Below are positions 32,678 through 44,600 of a DNA stretch of 64,000 bases, in pieces. The translations under genes were made by a program, and so were the position numbers. The notes beneath the pieces are model-generated. The model was not told where the DNA came from. It searched no databases and was given only the letters and a program-made list of their open reading frames with translations. This DNA is from Caecitellus pseudoparvulus (lineage: Eukaryota > Protista > Bigyra: Bicosoecida), in assembly GCA_965644315.1 (NCBI GenBank), contig CBFFRQ010000057.1, positions 248,001 through 312,000 of the forward strand. Direction: 5' to 3'. Each line of letters opens with the position of its first letter. Position 1 is the first letter of the stretch.

Positions 32678-35600
32678 ATGGGGCGCTTGTTTAGACGCTG
32701 CATGTTGCTCGCACTTGCTGCGCTGGCGGCATGCTCACCTTTGGCGCAAGCGTGGGAGGCTGGCGTGTGTCCTCCTGGCACAAGCCAGGCTGAGGCTGTC
32801 TCTGAAAACGATGGAGCAGCCACCATTGACTTAACCTTGAACTGGGCAGATATCTCTCGCAACGCCTTCTTCAGACTTGGGAACCTAAGTGACCACAGTT
32901 TCAGGATCAATCCTGCCACAAACACAAGCACGGTCTTGCTTGCAGCCCTGGACTTCGAAACCACTGCTACATACCAAATCCCCTTGCAAGGCTGCGCATT
33001 CACGAATGGCACAGACTGCGTGGCTGTGTGTATGGAGGTTTCAGTGACAGATGTTAACGAGCGGCCGCACTCCATCACGCCGGCCACGACAGTGCATCAG
33101 ATCGCCGAGAACAGCAACGACGACACCGTCGTCATCACGCTGGGTGCGACGGACCCTGATGGGGGGTCTGCTCCGGCCAGCTGGAGGAACTTCGTGTACA
33201 CGCTGGGTGGTGCGGGCTCGGCCCCGTTCAAGATCGTGGGCAACCAGGTGCAGGTGAACACGTCGAGCCTGTTGGACTTCGAGAGTCAGGTGGACTGGGC
33301 CATCACGGTGACGGTGGCGAACAGTTTCTCAACACCGACACCCCACACGGTGCGGTCGTACACGGTGCGGTTGACGGATGTGAACGAGCGGCCGCACTCT
33401 ATCACGCCGGCCACGACAGTGCATCAGATTCCTGAGAACAGCCCCACCAACACAGTCGCCATCACGCTGGGTGCGACGGACCCTGATGGGGGGTCTGCTC
33501 CGGCCAACTGGAGGAACTTCGTGTACACGCTGGGTGGTGCAGGCTCTGGCCCATTTGTGATCGTGGGCAATGAGGTGCGGGTGAACACGCCGGCCTCGTT
33601 GGACTTCGAGAGTCAGCAGGACTGGGCCATCACGGTGACGGTGGCGAACAGCTTCTCGACGCCAACACCCCACACGGTGCGGTCGTACACGGTGCGGTTG
33701 ACGGATGTGAACGAGCGGCCGCACTCTATCACGCCGGCCACGACAGTGCATCAGATTCCTGAGAACAGCAACGACGACACCGTCGTCATCACGCTGGGTG
33801 CGACGGACCCTGATGGGGGGTCTGCTCCGGCCAGCTGGAGGAACTTCGTGTACACGCTGGGTGGTGCGGGCTCGGCCCCGTTCAAGATCGTGGACGATGA
33901 GGTGCAGGTGAACACGTCGAGCCTGTTGGACTTCGAGAGTCAGGTGGACTGGGCCATCACGGTGACGGTGGCGAACAGCTTCTCGACGCCGACACCCCAC
34001 ACGGTGCGGTCGTACACGGTGCGGTTGACGGATGTGAACGAGCGGCCGCACTCTATCACGCCGGCCACGACAGTGCATCAGATCGCCGAGAACAGCAACG
34101 ACGACTCCGTCGTCATTACGCTGGGTGCGACGGACCCTGATGGGGGGTCTGCTCCTGCCAGCTGGAGGAACTTCGTGTACACGCTGGGTGGTGCGGGCTC
34201 GGCCCCGTTCAAGATCGTGGACGATGAGGTGCGGGTGAACACGTCGAGCCTGTTGGACTTCGAGAGTCAGGTGGACTGGGCCATCACGGTGACGGTGGCG
34301 AACAGCTTCTCGACGCCGACACCCCACACGGTGCGGTCGTACACGGTGCGGTTGACGGATGTGAACGAGCGGCCGGTGTTCAGCCCTTCTCCTTCGGCAT
34401 CTTTGGATGTGGATGAGCACCCTGACGTTGGCTTTTCGCTCGGCTCTTTCCCCGCTGTGGACCCTGATGCAACTGGCAGCAGTATCTCGTACTCGCTCTC
34501 AGTCGTCCCCGCACCACTTGCTGGCCGTCTTGTCATCAACTCAACAGGCCATGTGCTCGTAAGTGGTGCGTTGGACTACGAACAATTGACGGCAAGCCAG
34601 CTCGCTGTGTTGACCTTTGACGTCACAGTCACGGCGACAGAGACCTCGGGAGGGTTGTCATCTTCCCACGAGTTCAGCCTTGAAGTTGTTGACGTGAATG
34701 AGGCAGTACTGACCACGAGTCCCTTGACCATTGCTGTGGCTGAGGGGTCTACTGGCTCCCTCGGGCCGGTGCTGTCAACTGGTGACGTTGACCACCAAGG
34801 CCCGAATCGGCCTTTTGCGGACCACGAGTACTCGTACTGGACTGCATCTCCAGAGGACATTTTCGATGTGTCTTCAGGTGGTCAGATCAGCTTGCGGGCT
34901 CCTTTTACGTTGGATTTTGAGCGATTTTCTCAGTACTTTTTGGAGCTACGCGTTGCTGACTTGAACGGTGCTCCTGGCGGCTTCAGCTCAAACTTCACAG
35001 TGCAAGTGAATGTGTCTGACGTGGACGAGCCGCCCCATCAATATGGAGTTGCCTCTGGGCAGCCGGTCATTCCTGAAGATGCCACCATCGGTGCTTTTGT
35101 GTTCCAAGCTGTGGCGGTGGACCCGGAAGGGTTTTCGCCACTTTCCTATTCGATGGTTGGGGGTACCTGTGGCGGTGACCTTACGGTGAACTCGACCGGG
35201 AACGTCACCGTTGCGTCGGCGCTCTCATTCAGCGCCAGCTCTCTGAATTGCACTCTGGTTATCAGAGCGGATGATGCTTCCCTTTTCTCTACACACACAT
35301 ACCAAGTTTCCGTCACAGACGTTGATCAGGCCCCCACGCTACAGCCGGCATCGTATGAAGTTGACGAAAACACTGCTAATGGGACGATCATGCTGCAGAG
35401 CTCGCCCGGGAGTGGAGATGTCTCCCCACAGTATGATGACCCCGACCTGGCTATGCATGGACAAGCCGGCGACACGGCGCTGTACACGCTCACCCAGCCA
35501 CGTCAAGACGTAGACCCGATGGGTGGCTTCTTGTTCAGAGCTGACCCTTTAACTGGTGGTCTCCGTACGAACACAGGCCTCCTGAATTATGAGCAGTTCT

Positions 35601-38600
35601 GGCCGACAGCAGGCTCCGTAAACGTGACCATGCGTGTGTCGGACCGCGCGGGCCTGACGGGAACCACCACAGTCACCATTTACATCAGGGATCAGCAGGA
35701 CGCACCCACTTTCAACCAGAGCACGTACTTATACTTGGTGCAAGAAAACCCCATGCCTGGAACAGTCCTTGGCCAGAACACGACTGCCGAGCCTGTGGAC
35801 GCATCTGATGAAGATGCTGGGCAAACTGGTCTTCTGGAGTTTTCCATCGCTGCAGTGGAGCCTGCCGCTGGCACTTCCTTTTTCGCCATGCACCCTCAGA
35901 CAGGAGAGATCAACGTCACGCTGGCTGGTTCAACTGGCATTGATCTAGAGTCGTATGCCTCATTCAACATCTCAGTTCGTGTCCGGGACCCCGACGGACT
36001 GGAAGACTCAGCCACGGTGCGAGCCTTTGTTGGCGACCTCCCCGAACCCCCTACTTACCCACCATACGCCTTCGTGGTTGACGAGAACTCACCAGTAGGC
36101 ACACCTGTCGGCGTAGCTGCAGCCTCGGACGAGGATGCAGGGACGGTTTTGACGTATGCCATCGTCGACGGGAATGCTGAGGACTTGTTCCGCGTGGATT
36201 CCGCCACTGGCGCCATTTCAGTGAAGAACGACAATGTGACGTCCCCAGCCTTGTTCCTCAACTTTGAGCGCAGGCAAGCGTACAACTTGACCTTGCGAGT
36301 CACGGATAACACCGCGCTTGCAGTGGACACGTACGTTTCCATTTCCGTCATTGACCGCAATGACTACCCTGTCTACACATCAGCTTTCGATTTTTCTGTC
36401 TTGGAACACTCGCCGCTGTCTCAAGACCTGTTTTCTCTGGTTGGCTCTGACGAGGATGACGAAGACGTGCTCTCCTTCGCAATCAGCTCTGGCAACGACG
36501 TGGCTGGCTTGGGGGACGCGTTTCAGGTGGTTGTGGCATCCAACCGAAGCGTCACCGTCCAGCCTGCTCGTGATTTGAACTATGAGGATGGGCAACCGAG
36601 GTGGTATTTCCTGGAAATTCGCATCACGGACGATGATGGCGGGGGCAAGGGCCCTGGTCCTTTTCAGTCCACGGTGTGGGTGAACGTGACGATAGTCAAT
36701 ATTCAAGATCGACCTGTACTGCCTGCAGCCACACTGAGCCTGGCTGAGAACGCACCCCCAGGCAGCTTCGTGGGCCAAGTCCTGGGAACTGATGAAGACA
36801 TTCCCGAGCAGGGCCAGACTCTCTCATACTCGTTCACGAGCCTCTCTGATCCTGCCGGCCTGCAGCGCCTTGCAATCGACCCAGTCACCGCAGTGATTTC
36901 AGTTCTCCCCAGCGTGGATGCGCGCGACGAGAGCCGTTCCGGGCTTAACTTTGAGCTGAACAGCACAATTCGCATGCACGTAGTAGTTTGGGATGATGAC
37001 CCAATCATGCCGCTGAATGCCTCTGCCGTGATCACGGTGGAGCTGACCGACGTTAACGAGCGGCCTATGGTCCTTGTGGTGGACCAGTTCATGGCCGAGC
37101 GCAGCCCCCCTGGGACGCTCGCGGCAGACAACGAGACTGCTGTGTACTCGTTGATGGACCCTTCCGTCGCGCTGGGTGCCAGTCCAGTGACGTTGCAGCA
37201 GATGCTCGCTTTGGGGCGCAACTTGTCGCTGGTAGATCCGGACACCCAGGATCCAGGGCAAAGCTTGAAGGTGTCCGCAGCTCTGCTGTTTTCTGAAGGC
37301 ACGCTGCTGGGGGGCGGGCTGGCAGCCTTGCCGAACACGTCCTTTGCCAACGACGTCAGCTATGAGACTGTGCTGTATGGGAGTCAGGCTTATAGCTCGG
37401 AGCCCTTCTCCCGCCTGGCGGGATTGTGGGGCTCCCCTTCGTGCTTTAGTGGCTTGGGCACCGCCTGTGGAAACAACACCGCTGCGAGGGGACTCCTGAC
37501 CTCCAGCTTGGAGCCTCAGGTCGTGTTTAATCTGTCGGGCACAAATGAGGACGGGTTTGGCATCTCCCTGTTCCGTGGTGAGCTCGACTTTGAGGCGCGG
37601 AACCTGTACCAGTTCGCCGTGTTCGTCGAGGATGAAGGCGGGGCCTTGGGGTCTGGCGTGCAGAACACGACCTTCATCTACAACTTGCACGTGGTGAACA
37701 TCAACGAACCAGCCACACTGCAGGTGCATGGCACCCCCAGTGCCAGCGAAAACAGCCAAGTGGGGGTGTGTCTGAACGACTTCTCCTTGCTTCCAGTCGA
37801 CCCCGATGACCAGCTGCTGATTGGAGAGATTCGTTCCGCGGATCTCGGTGCAGAGCTCTTCTTTACCTTGAAGGAAGCCAACTCCACTCTGCGCGCGGAT
37901 GGTTCGCGAGACTCCATCGAGCTGTGTGTCTCCAGACTGGGGCTGCCCACAGGCCAGCAGACGGTGGAGGTGCGCATGTTTGACCCCAGTGATGGCTCAA
38001 AAAGCAGCGTTTGGCGCCTCATCGTGATCACGGTCAACGATGTCAACGATCGGCCTGAGCTTCGACCCCCATACGTCGCTGCCATAGATGAACAGTCTCC
38101 AGTGGGCACACCAGTCCTGCATGTCATTGCAGATGACAATGATGTGTACCAGAACCTCAACTTTGTGGTTGAAGGGGACTTGGTGGAGTACTTTTCATTC
38201 GAACCGGTCGTGACGCCCCTCAGGTCGTTGAACTGCACGAACGCCATGCAACTTAGCCAGCCCTACAACTGCACGCCACCGGAGGTGGTGGCCTACTACA
38301 CTGCTGTCAACGGGGGGCCATTCCTCAACCGCTCTGCTAACTTAGTGGTGGCCTTGGATGCCTTGGACTACGAAGCCATGCAGGCAGCGCCCTTTTTCGG
38401 GCAGTACTCCGTCGCGTTCCGCGTAACAGACGTGCCCTTCATCACCAGGGACGGCATTTATTTCGAAGACGAAGAGGAGCCCGAGCTCAGTCGACAAGGG
38501 CTCATCACAGTGTCTCTGCAGGATATCTTCGATCCCCCCTCCATATCCTCGGTGACTGCCTTCACCCCCTTCGGCTTGACCACCGCAGGAGGGGAATCCG

Positions 38601-41600
38601 TCACCATCACGGGAAACAACTTTGGCCCTGCCCGGCTGGCCCACCCAGCACTTGCCGCCAGTACCCACAACGGGCCAGTGGTCGCTGCCCAGTACACCTC
38701 TGAGGCTCTGCAGACGTCATTCAATACGTCGCGCTGCGAGGTGGTCGTGGCCTACACCAGCATTCAGTGCTTTTCACAGCCAGGCTTTGGCGCAGGCTAC
38801 GCCTGGCGTGTGTTTCTGGGAGGTGGCACGCCCTACCGTGCAGGGGTTATTGTACAAGTGTCAGAGTACTCACTGAACACCACCCGCTACGCTGCCCCCA
38901 ATGTGGTGCGTTTCCTGGGCCCTGGCCATGACCAAGCGGACAGCTCAGGTGGGCAGCTTGTCATCGTGGAGGGCTCCCAGTTCGGAACCGTTGCAGCAAA
39001 CCGGGTGGACCGCGTCACGTATGGCCCACTCGGCGTGGAGTATGAGGCCAAGAACTGCCGCGTTGTCGTGGACCACAGCGTCATCCACTGCACGTCCGCT
39101 GCTGGAGTGGGCGCAGGCTTGCGCTGGGTCGTGAACATTGCCGGTCTCACTTCCCAGACTCCCACGACAAATTACGCCCCGCCCACCATTTCCTCGGTTC
39201 AAATGCCCAATGGCAGCCTTCCCAGCACCGAGGGTGGGGCTGTCGTGCGCATTATCGGCGAAAATTTCGGGGCTGTGGACGAGTTCCCTCCAGCTGTTGA
39301 TTCGGTCAGGTACGGTTACCCTGACCACCGCACTGTTGTTGTGACGGGAACAGGGAATGGTACCCGCCGGCTCCTTGGCACTGAAGAGTGGGAGGGGGGC
39401 GAGCCAGGCTGGGATCGAGAGCTTTTTTCATCCATTTCAACCAGTACAGCTGCAACCAGCTCGACCCTGTCCGCCACGGATTCGCGACAAGTGCCTCTCC
39501 TGGCATCCCCTTATGCCGTGCAACCATCGACGGTGCTTAGGTCTGATGCGTTTACGGCCACGGACTGTCTCGTGGTGGTGAACCACACTGTTATCGAGTG
39601 CACCCTCGCGGCTGGCGCTGGCGCCGACTTGCATGTTCAGGTCAGCATCCGCGGACAGCCCTCGGCTGTCTCCAACGTCACCGTGCGTTACGCGCCCCCG
39701 CGCATTGACAGCATCTTCTTGCCGACGGAAGATGGCGATGAGCTCCTGCGTGGCTCCACCCGCGGGGGTTCACGCTTGACGCTGCAGGGCGAAAACTTCG
39801 GGCGCCCCCAAGACAACCCTCGGGTGTTCTTTGGTGTCAAGCATTTCGACCCCGTTACTGGGCTGCTTCATAGTCAGCCTGTTCGCCGGCAGCTCCCCTC
39901 TAGTTCTGTGAGCCCTTCCCTGCACTCGGAACTGAGGTTCGACTTCCCGGGAGGACACGGTGACTCCGTCGATGTTTGGCTGAAGGTCAAGGGGCAAGTT
40001 TCGCAGCCGATTACCACCTTTGGCTTTGAACCCCCAAAAATCAACAGCCTGGAGCGACTTGGTGGTGCTCTGGCCGATCTGCCCATTCGGCTGAAGCTGA
40101 TCGGGCAACATTTCGGCGCCTGCTGTTTCCAACTCCGCCAGCGCTTGGAGGCCGGTGCTGCACCTGCTGCCATTGCCGCGCTGCAGGATACGTGTGCTTG
40201 CTTGCCTGGTGAAGTGGAGAGCATCCAACTGGAGCACTGGCCAGCTGAAGGCGGCGCTGTCCAAATCGTGCCCTGCAACATTACCTCGTATGCCGAGACG
40301 GAGGTTGAGTGCAACACCACCGTGATCAGCGGGAACTTGACGATCACCGTAGGTGGCCAAGTCAGCGACCCTTATGTTTACAGATTCAGCGACTTGCTCA
40401 CTGTGCCAATCATAGAGCAAGTCTCAGTGTACAGTGATGGAGCATACAGGGACGTGGAGACGACGGCTGCCCCAAGGCCAACGTCAGGGCTGGATGTGCA
40501 AGGAGCGCGTGTTCCCGTTCAAATCAAGGGCCGCAACTTCGGGCTGTCGCCAGGCATCGTGCATTTCATGTACTATCACCCAGCTGATCCGGCTGGCTCG
40601 GAGCCCCCTCACTTTGTTGTAGCTCAACCGTACCTCGCCTCGGGCAACTGGTGGACTGACACGATTGTCCGGGTGCTGCTCCCTGAAGGTCAGGGGCGGC
40701 CAGTGATAAAGGTGTTCTTCCCAGACGCCCAAAACACGTTTGCGCTGTACGACAAGTTTCAGTACACGGCACCCAACATCACGTCTGTGGCGTACGCAAG
40801 TGGGCCCTCCAACGGGTACCTGTGGTTGACTCACAGATACGCTTCGAGGCACCCCATCACTGGGGTTGCCGTTGATGCGCCTCTTCTTACGATTCGAGGC
40901 ACGAATCTCGGCAAGCCACTGGAGCTGTCCCCTTCTGACGCCCTGCTGCCTGGCGGCGAGTCTGCAGGCGTGCAGTACCAGGGAGGGCAGTTGCTTGACA
41001 TGGCACCATCGCCGACCGGCGAAGCTGCCAGCGTGTCCAACGTCAGGCTGGAGTCTGTGATCACAGTGGGAGGTAAACAATGCCTCGTGAAACTGTGGAC
41101 TCATTCCATCATCCAGTGTGCAGCGCCTCCAGGCGTCGGGGTAGACTTGCCTATCACTCTGTGGATGCACAGGCGCTTCACAGAGTCAGCATCTGACTTC
41201 ACACAGCGCATGTTCACCGTGAACGTGCCTGGTGCGTACTCCTACGATCCGCCTTCTGACTTGAAGCTGTCCTGCAGCTCGAACCCTGCCACTGTGGACA
41301 CCTGCTCGACACATGGGCCTACCCAGGGAGGCATGCCCCTCTTTGTGCACGGCAGGTCGTTTGGCCCGCCGGGGAACCCTTCAACACTCATCAGCATCGA
41401 TGGCACTGCGCCCCAAGTTGTGCAGCGCCTTTCACACAACCTTATTCGATTCGAGACGCCACCGGGCGAGGGGCGCGACTTGGCCATGATGGTGTCGGTG
41501 GAAGGGCAGTCTGCTGCGGCGGACATCTTTCACTATGACCCTCCTGTCATTGAGTGCATTTCCAACGAAACACACTGTGTTCCTCCAGCCAGCACCACGT

Positions 41601-44600
41601 TGCTGAATGCGATGGACACCCTGATCACCATCAACGGCCGCAACTTTGGCTTGGACGGAACAAAGGCAGGCGCTCAGCAGGATGACATCTTTGTGAACGG
41701 ACTCCGGTGCGCACCGAGCGGGCAAGAGAGTGTCTTTGTCCGACCAACACAACTTCAGTGTCGGGTACGAGACCTGACCGTTGGCAACAAGTCCCTTACC
41801 ATTCAAGTCGCAGGGCAGCAGGTGTCATACTCTCAGCAGGAACAGGTCATCCGAGCCGTGTGCCCGACTGGATTCTTTGGCTCCATCCCCCAAGTGGATC
41901 AGTGCACAGCATGTCCCCAGTGCCGAAGTGAGGCTTGTGAAGGGCTGCAGGAGCGGGCCAGCATCTGCTCAGGCGGGCTGGACCCACCTGTGGCTGCTCC
42001 AGGTTACTGGCGCTTGGACCTGCAGGATTCCAGCCTTGACCTGGCCTTGTTCGACATCAACGTCACGGCTGATGGCAGCTCTGCGTCAAGGTGGCAGTTT
42101 ACGCGGTGCGAGCCGGCTGAAGCTTGCTTGGAAGGCAACACATGTGCCTACGGCTACACCCAAGCAGCTTGCTCTGTCTGCCTCCCGCAAAAGTACCAGC
42201 GCAACCTCATCAGCGGCGTGTGTGAGCCGTGCCCAGACAACGCCGGCCTGTACACGTTGGGGATCATCCTCCTGGCAGTGGTTCTCGGCGCCATTCTGTA
42301 CAAGCTGTACAAGAAAGGCCCATCTGTCGCAGCGCTCGGCATTGCAGTGGATTACCTGCAGATTCTGTCCGTGTTTGGCAGCTTGAACTTGCAGTGGCCC
42401 GCGTCTGTGCAGTTTGTCTTCCAAATGGCGTCAGCCTCTGCTGCTTCAGTTGAGACGGCCTCTCCAGAGTGCTCCGTTGAGCTGGGATATATTCGCAAAT
42501 GGTTCTTGTTTATGGGGTTGCCAGCCGGCACCATTGCCATCTTCCTTGTCCTGCACTGCCTGATCGTCTTCGCGAAGAGCACGTTCCTGAAGAAGAAGGG
42601 CAGCGACCGCCACAACCTGTACCAGCATGTGCCTGGCATGATCGGTTTTGTGTTCATGATGCTGTCCTTCATGTACATTTCCCTCACCGCGAAGGCCTTC
42701 GAAGCATTGGAGTGCAAGGAGGTTGGCGGCGTGCTGGTGCTGGCCGTGGACAGCGAGGTGCTGTGCAAGTCCGCTTCTTATGCAAACCTGCGCTCGTGGG
42801 CCTTTGCCGCCGTGTTTGCGTACGGACTTGGCATTCCAGCTCTCTTTGCCCTCATCATCTTTCGAACTGCCGCGCGGATGAAGGCTGACCAGGCGCTGCG
42901 CATTCAGAACTTGTCAGGGAGCAGGGAGACTAACCCATTTTATGACTTTCAGAAGCGATACAAGCGACTATACTTCAAGTTCAAGCCCACGTACTACTAC
43001 TGGATCCTCGTCATTTTGGCTCGCAAGTTCATGATTGTCGTCATTGCTGCTCAGATGAAAGCACGCCCGATGATGGCTGCAACCACCACGGTGGTTGTTC
43101 TCTTTGCCGCGTGCATCGCCCAGCTGACCAACATGCCATATCGACAGCACGAGACGCAGAGCAAAGAAGAAGCGGTCAAGACTGGCGCCTTGGGCTCTGA
43201 CATTCCTCCCGCACTCCTGGCGCTGATCCGCCAAAAGCAGCTGTCAGCAGCGACGGAACGTGCAGCAGCAGGGCGTCACCCTGCAGGCGCAGCTCCTGGT
43301 TCCAAAGCCTCCAAGCTCCTTGGCGCTGGCACTGGTGACCTGGCTGCCATAAAGCTCCCGGCTGCCGGTGGCGCTTTGCCGCGAGCAGGCAAGCGGTCCT
43401 CCAAAGGAGTGGCAGTGCACGGGCGGGGAGTGGACCTGAAGCACCTCGCGTCCGATGGCTCTGTTCTGTGGGCGAACGACCCACGCCTCATGCAGCAGGC
43501 CGTCGGAGGCAGGGCTGGTGCTGGCTCAGGCACTGATCTGAGCGGGGGCACGCCGCCTTCCCGACCCACTGCTGGCTCTGTTTGGTTCCGCGCTTCTGTT
43601 GTGGGGGGCATGCGGAAGCCCATGCGGGCCAGCGTGGCTCCCGGTGCCTTCGGTCGTCGAGTGCCTCGGAAGGGCTCCAAGGCTGGTGTGTCACAAACCC
43701 CTACAGGGAAGGCCACTTCACCTGCCGCAGCAGCATCATGCTGTGGGGCGTGCACCCGGTGTGGCGCGGTTCGGAAGCCGCAGGAGGAGGCGGCGACCTT
43801 GGGGCGGGGCGGCTCTCTGCGCGATATCAGACGGCGGTCAGCACACGTACCCAAACATGCCACGACCACCGACCCAAAGCGTGGCTGCTGCATGCGGGGT
43901 CTGTGTGCGATGTGGAGCTGGGTCATGTCATTTGGCACTGCCAGCAATGCCAAGGATGGCTTGCAGCTTCGGGAGGAGTCTCGCAAGGGGGGCAAGGTGA
44001 AAGTCAAGGTCAAGTACCTCTTCAACTACAACCTCCTGGAGGCAACATTCCTCGTCTGTGCTGTGTTCGTGCTGCTGAGTGGCGTAATGTTCCGAACAGC
44101 AGACTCCAGTGGCGAGCTGGACAACCCAGCTGAGCGGGTGGCCATGGAAGTCGGAGTCATGGTCATAATCGTGGGCTCGACTGTCATCTGCCTGACGACT
44201 GTGCTTGCTGAGCTAGCACTTGGTATGCAGTACACGTTATGGGCGGGCCAGCTGCGCCGCAAGCGGGAGAAGGAGTACAAGCGGCAGAAGCGCCTGGAGA
44301 AGAGCCTGCTGGGCAAAGCCAAAGTGCCTGCATGTGCCGTTTGGTGCACGACGTGGTGTGGATGCTGTCCCACGCGGATGAAGCAACATCCTTTGTGCAG
44401 GCCTTGTTTCCGGCTGCCATTCGACCCCCGCGTTACAGCAGCTGCAGTGCAGGAGAACCCCCTGTCTGTGGCCCACGGCAAGCAGGCAGCTGGAGCCGCT
44501 GGAGACGTTGCTCGCAGGCGCCGCAACAGCATCAAGATCATGCTGGGCATGAAAGACAGCCAAGCGCTACCCAGCACGTCTGTTGAAGTGGAGCGCACAC

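Noticed and set aside
33329-34420. Repetitive Arg/His-rich minus-strand ORF; possible CRISPR or satellite
   Set aside because: Antisense of the 327-bp coding repeats; there is no repeat-spacer structure.
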